From the NCBI GenBank assembly GCA_965195285.1, contig CBDAFS010000002.1, positions 1-10,406 on the forward strand: DNA of 10,406 nucleotides. Direction: 5' to 3'. Shown here piece after piece: positions 6,267 to 10,406 of this stretch. The notes under the pieces are model-generated. The model was not told the origin of the DNA, did no database searches, and saw only the letters and a program-made list of their open reading frames with translations. Numbering within the stretch: position 1 is the first letter of the stretch; each line of letters begins with the position of its first letter. The translations under genes and the position numbers were made by a program. This stretch comes from an uncultured Aminicenantes bacterium. GTDB taxonomy: Bacteria > Acidobacteriota > Aminicenantia > UBA2199.

Positions 6267-8120
6267 TTAAATACTTTTGGCTGCCCTGAACATAATATCC
6301 TGAATCCGGGGTACAGCCGTATCAATATGATCAATCACTCCCTCTCTCAACATCATATTATCAAGCAATTGAATTGATAAAGTTTTGAGTTCCGGGGAAT
6401 CCGGTTTCTTTTTATGAATCCGAACCATTTCTTTTATCAGTTTATTTTTTGGATTTATTTCAAATGCTCTCTTGGAAAATGAATATTCCTTGTTAACCAT
6501 TTTCATGACTTTTTCCATCTGGACTGAGGGTCCGTCACTGGGATGAACCAGGATACAGGGGCTGTCAACCAATCGTTGCGAAATCTTGACATCTGCTATT
6601 TTATCACCGAATATGACTTTCAGATATCCGATATAATTTTCAACATCCTTCAAATATTCTTTATCCTTGGTGGTCTTCTTCTCTTCATCTAGCTTGATGT
6701 CAGCGCTCTCTACCAATTTAAAGACCTTTCCATCAAAAGCTCTTAAATGATCGATGACAATCTCATCCAGCGGATCCCCCAAATACAAAACCTCTATATC
6801 CTTTTTTCTGAAAGCTTCAAGGGCCGGATTTTTATCCAGGGATTCAATATCAAGACCGGTGACATAATAAATTTCATTTTGATCTTTGTTCATCCGTTCA
6901 ATATATGCCTTTAGATCAGTAAATTCTTCTTTACCCTTTTTGGAGGAATGAAATAATAAGAGTTGTGCAATTTTATCACGATTGTTGAAATCAGTGGCTA
7001 TTCCTTCTTTGAAATTACGGTTGTAATTTTTCCAGACACCAAGATATTGGTCCATATCCTTTTGTTTCATTTTGACAAAATGATCGAATATTTTTTTTAA
7101 AATATGTTTTTTAATTTTGTCAATAATAATATTTTTCTGAATGGTTTCCCGAGAAATATTCAGGGGGATATCTTCGGAATCAATCACACCTTTGATAAAT
7201 CGAAGATAATCGGGCATGATATCACTGCTTCCCTTTTTAATGAGCACCTTCCTTGAATAAAGATCAACGCCAGGTTCGGTTTTGAATAATCCCGCCATTT
7301 CAAATGAGGTTTTGGGAATAAATAAAATCGCATTGAATTGAACCGGTGCATCTGAAGAAAGATGAAGGTGGGTTTCGGGTTCTTCTTGACTGTTTTCAAT
7401 AAACTTGTAAAAATCATCATAATCTTTTTGTTTTAGGCTTGACTTTGGTTGAGTCCATATCGCTGCTACACTCTCAATCTTTTCTTCTTCAATATAAACC
7501 GGGAAAGGCACAAATTTCGAATGTTTGGCAATGATATCTTTAATGGCTGATTTTTCCAGAAATTCTTTTTCCTCTTTTTTTAAAAACAATTCAATTCGGG
7601 TACCACGATACTTTTTTACCATATCCTCGATTGAATAGTTGGCATCACCCTTGGATTTCCACAAGTATCCTTTACTTCCCTTTTTAAATGACTTCGTATA
7701 AATATGGATTTCCTTGGCAACCATGAAGCTGGAATAAAATCCAACACCGAATTTCCCGATCAAATCAACCTGATCCTTTTTCTTGGTCTCTGATAATTTC
7801 TTCAGGAAATCGATAGTTCCGGAATGCGCAATTGTCCCGATATTTTCAATTAATTCCTCTTTGGTCATTCCGATTCCCGTATCTTCGATAACCACTTTGT
7901 TTTGAGATTTCACAAAGGAGATATTGATCTTCAAATCCAGATCTTTATCTTCAATATTGGGATTGGTTAAAACTTCAAACTGCACTTTATTGAGAGCATC
8001 AACCGCATTTGAAATTAATTCCCTTAAAAAAACCTCCTTGTGTTTGTATAAAGAATAAACCAAAATGTCCAGCAATTGCTTCACTTCGGATTGAAATTCA
8101 AATTGTTCTGTTTTTTCCAT
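6267..8120 (-). CDS. htpG: Molecular chaperone HtpG (Hsp90)
   Basis: FLRELISNAVDA, DTGIGMT, IGKFGVGFYSSF, IDSEDIPLNISRE, EINP motifs; AGGAGG RBS at 8130-8125. Confidence 0.99.
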   Translation of the reverse strand: MEKTEQFEFQSEVKQLLDILVYSLYKHKEVFLRELISNAVDALNKVQFEVLTNPNIEDKDLDLKINISFVKSQNKVVIEDTGIGMTKEELIENIGTIAHSGTIDFLKKLSETKKKDQVDLIGKFGVGFYSSFMVAKEIHIYTKSFKKGSKGYLWKSKGDANYSIEDMVKKYRGTRIELFLKKEEKEFLEKSAIKDIIAKHSKFVPFPVYIEEEKIESVAAIWTQPKSSLKQKDYDDFYKFIENSQEEPETHLHLSSDAPVQFNAILFIPKTSFEMAGLFKTEPGVDLYSRKVLIKKGSSDIMPDYLRFIKGVIDSEDIPLNISRETIQKNIIIDKIKKHILKKIFDHFVKMKQKDMDQYLGVWKNYNRNFKEGIATDFNNRDKIAQLLLFHSSKKGKEEFTDLKAYIERMNKDQNEIYYVTGLDIESLDKNPALEAFRKKDIEVLYLGDPLDEIVIDHLRAFDGKVFKLVESADIKLDEEKKTTKDKEYLKDVENYIGYLKVIFGDKIADVKISQRLVDSPCILVHPSDGPSVQMEKVMKMVNKEYSFSKRAFEINPKNKLIKEMVRIHKKKPDSPELKTLSIQLLDNMMLREGVIDHIDTAVPRIQDIMFRAAKSI

Positions 8121-8166
8121 ATTTCCTCCTTAATCGCAATATACAGAAATTATCAATTTCACTAAT

Positions 8167-8185
8167 ATTATAACATCAATGTCAA
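8167..8185 (-). promoter_or_regulatory. Candidate htpG promoter (extended -10 TGnTATAAT)
   Basis: Minus strand TTGACA-TTGATGT-TATAAT. The hexamers are only 7 nt apart, so only the extended -10 (8175-8167) is plausible as a unit. Confidence 0.45.
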
Positions 8186-8221
8186 GTAGACCGGATAACC
8201 AAGAGAAAAATAGGTTCGGAC

Positions 8222-9385
8222 TTATTCCAATAACTGAGAAACAAATACTATCTTAATTCCACTGTCACGGATGGATTTTATTGAATCTCTTATAGCCTGA
8301 AAAGTTGTTTGAAAGGGGTGGCCAATCGCAATGGCTTTGCCCTTTTTTTGGGCCACTGCGATTAATTTTTGGATTTGCTTCATCGAATGTGGATAGGTTT
8401 TTTCCGAATCCAAAAAAATATCGCGGAATGCCGTTTTTATTTTCAGTTCCCTGGCCACATCATAGGCCACTGTTTCTGAAGTGGTTCGGGAATCCACAAA
8501 AAAGAGCCCTTCCTGCTTAATGATTCTTAAAAATTTTGTAATAATACCTTTTTTGGAAGTAATAAGAGATCCCTCATGATTATTAACACCTCTGGCATGG
8601 GGAATGATTTGTCTGGCTTTTAATACAATCTGTCTCATTTCATCAATATCCGAATGAATTTGAATGATGGTAAAGCCCCGGTATGAGCTGTTTTTTGAAT
8701 TCTTGGGCTGCATGGGTATGTGTATCATCGCTTGTAATCCATACTGCTTTATCTGTCTGGCTTCATCAAAAGCGAATGAGGATTCAGGTAGAATCGATGC
8801 AGTGATCGGGATATTCAGTTTTTTTAGATCCAAAGAAATACCAGATCGATTTCCGATATCATCGATTATAAAGGCTACTTTTGGCTGAAGATCTTCCGCT
8901 TTTTTTTCCGGAATTTTATCATCACTGACTTGACAAGTAATTAATATAATGTGGGTCACATCCTGATTTTTCTTGATATGATATAAGTGAATGGTCTTGT
9001 TAGTCTGCTGACGCATTTCGGAAAGTTCCAGTAAATAATTCAATCCAGAGGAAATCTTTTTTATGTCTCTGACAATATTTTTTATTTCTTCCTGATTAAC
9101 ATCCAGTTTAAAGTGGTATTTTTCCGACTGATCCAAGAAATAATTGAATTTAATGTGGTTTCGGTTGAAAAGTTTAATCAATTGCTGTTTGAATTGATTG
9201 GACTCTGATTTATCTTCCCCAGTCATTTTCAGTTTGATTATTTTTTTGAAAATAAATGAGACTTTACCATTTCTGAAATCAATATATTCCAGTACTATCA
9301 CCGTTATCAGGGCAATTAGGATAAAAACAACAAAGAGTGGTAACAATACTGATCTTTTTGATTTGGATGTTTTTCGAGTAGTCAT
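8222..9385 (-). CDS. Divergent polysaccharide deacetylase (YibQ-like) with N-terminal membrane anchor
   Basis: VAFIIDDIG, MIHIPMQP, GVNNHEGS, FFVDSRT, RDIFLD, AIAIGHP motifs; N-terminal TM segment; ATGA overlap with the upstream gene. Confidence 0.95.
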   Translation of the reverse strand: MTTRKTSKSKRSVLLPLFVVFILIALITVIVLEYIDFRNGKVSFIFKKIIKLKMTGEDKSESNQFKQQLIKLFNRNHIKFNYFLDQSEKYHFKLDVNQEEIKNIVRDIKKISSGLNYLLELSEMRQQTNKTIHLYHIKKNQDVTHIILITCQVSDDKIPEKKAEDLQPKVAFIIDDIGNRSGISLDLKKLNIPITASILPESSFAFDEARQIKQYGLQAMIHIPMQPKNSKNSSYRGFTIIQIHSDIDEMRQIVLKARQIIPHARGVNNHEGSLITSKKGIITKFLRIIKQEGLFFVDSRTTSETVAYDVARELKIKTAFRDIFLDSEKTYPHSMKQIQKLIAVAQKKGKAIAIGHPFQTTFQAIRDSIKSIRDSGIKIVFVSQLLE

Positions 9386-10406
9386 TTGTGATCTCCCAGG
9401 ATTGATATACAGGCAGAAAACAGTGCGTTATCCTCAATGGTTTTTCTCTCATACATGGGCTTCACTCCGGTTCCCAGTATCGGATTATTCATTAATTTAT
9501 AAATCCCCGTATTGAGCACTACCGAAGTTCCGTCATCGAGATAAAACTGTTTTAAGCGAGGAACAAATCCGGAAGTTTCCTCACCTATCAGGGTGGCATT
9601 GGTTAACTTCAAAATATGAGCCAACAACTCAGAGTATAAAACAGTTGATGCATTAATAATAAAAACACAATCATATCCGGGATCATTGTCGGAGCCAACC
9701 AATAAGTTTATTTTGCCATTCTTGGTTTCAATTGAAAGGAAAATATTTTCATGGACAAAAATTTTCGAAACTTCAAGGAATGATTTGAAATCTCCTCCTG
9801 AATATCTTCTTAAATCAATAATCCATTTTGAATTTTTGTACTCGGTCATTCTCGCTTTTATTTGGGCAACCGACATCGTATCCAGCCTCATCAAAGATAT
9901 GAGCTGAATATCTTGGCTGAGTTTTCTGAACTTAACAGTCCTGGATATGAATATTGGGTTTATCGTTAACGTTTGAAGATTTTCTGAATTTTTTTTCAAA
10001 CAGATTAAGGTAAACGGGATTGACTTTTCCGATATCATAGACAAAAACATGTCCCAATAAGAAAGTGCATACAAACTGTTTCCGTTTACATAGCGGATAA
10101 TATCCCCAATTTTCAAACCGGCTTTCAGGGCCGGTGAATCTGGTATAATATCCGTAATATAAAAATAATTGTTTTTTTTGATACCGTATACCCCGATACC
10201 ATAATAATTACCCTGCTGGTATAATCGAAATGTTCTACTTTTCCGTTCATCCAGATATGACGAATAATCATCAACACCTGAAACAAGGGAAGAAAATGCC
10301 CCCGGATATTTTAGTAGAGGATTTAATTCTTCCACATAATCAGTTTTTACCAGGTTCATGACCTCGGAAAATAGAAATAAATATTTATCATCACCAGGGG
10401 ATTCAG
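9382..10406 (-). CDS. PDZ + S41 C-terminal processing protease (CtpA-like) homolog, predicted inactive; 5' end outside window
   Basis: Frame is open to the window edge (ESPGDDKYLFLFSEVMNLVKTDYVEE). PDZ motifs YYGIGV and SPALKAGLKIGD, IIDLRRYSGG, GVKP. The catalytic Ser and Lys positions read Leu and Phe. Confidence 0.85.
   Translation of the reverse strand, partial: ESPGDDKYLFLFSEVMNLVKTDYVEELNPLLKYPGAFSSLVSGVDDYSSYLDERKSRTFRLYQQGNYYGIGVYGIKKNNYFYITDIIPDSPALKAGLKIGDIIRYVNGNSLYALSYWDMFLSMISEKSIPFTLICLKKNSENLQTLTINPIFISRTVKFRKLSQDIQLISLMRLDTMSVAQIKARMTEYKNSKWIIDLRRYSGGDFKSFLEVSKIFVHENIFLSIETKNGKINLLVGSDNDPGYDCVFIINASTVLYSELLAHILKLTNATLIGEETSGFVPRLKQFYLDDGTSVVLNTGIYKLMNNPILGTGVKPMYERKTIEDNALFSACISILGDHK

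Noticed and set aside
4234-9907. Short ORFs overlapping the symporter, hydrolase, htpG, deacetylase and S41 genes
   Set aside because: All are fully or mostly nested in well-supported genes and show no independent motifs.
1-10406. CRISPR array, tRNA/rRNA, integrase, transposase or reverse transcriptase
   Set aside because: No periodic repeats, RNA-gene signatures, or recombinase/RT motifs were seen by eye.

Overview
AT-rich bacterial window with almost all genes on the minus strand. It has two parts. (1) 3475-10406 is intact and chromosomal-looking: a 5'-truncated PDZ/S41 CtpA-like gene with both catalytic residues apparently substituted, a YibQ-like divergent polysaccharide deacetylase, htpG, a secreted choloylglycine-hydrolase-family Ntn hydrolase and a YidK-like sodium:solute symporter. 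(2) 1-3464 is a decaying accessory zone with two SAM methyltransferases, a 2-TM protein with a CxxC...CxxC tail, an RRM protein and several remnants. One near-canonical integron attC (2345-2416) and several half or collapsed attC-like sites frame these genes, with no integrase in the window. The most striking pattern is three 'hollowed-out' genes (thrC, a DUF6544-like gene and a GH27 alpha-galactosidase), in which only the extreme N- and C-terminal coding ends remain, joined directly. A 34-bp piece of the thrC 3' end is also repeated 1,979 bp away. Family calls come from recalled motifs, not database searches.
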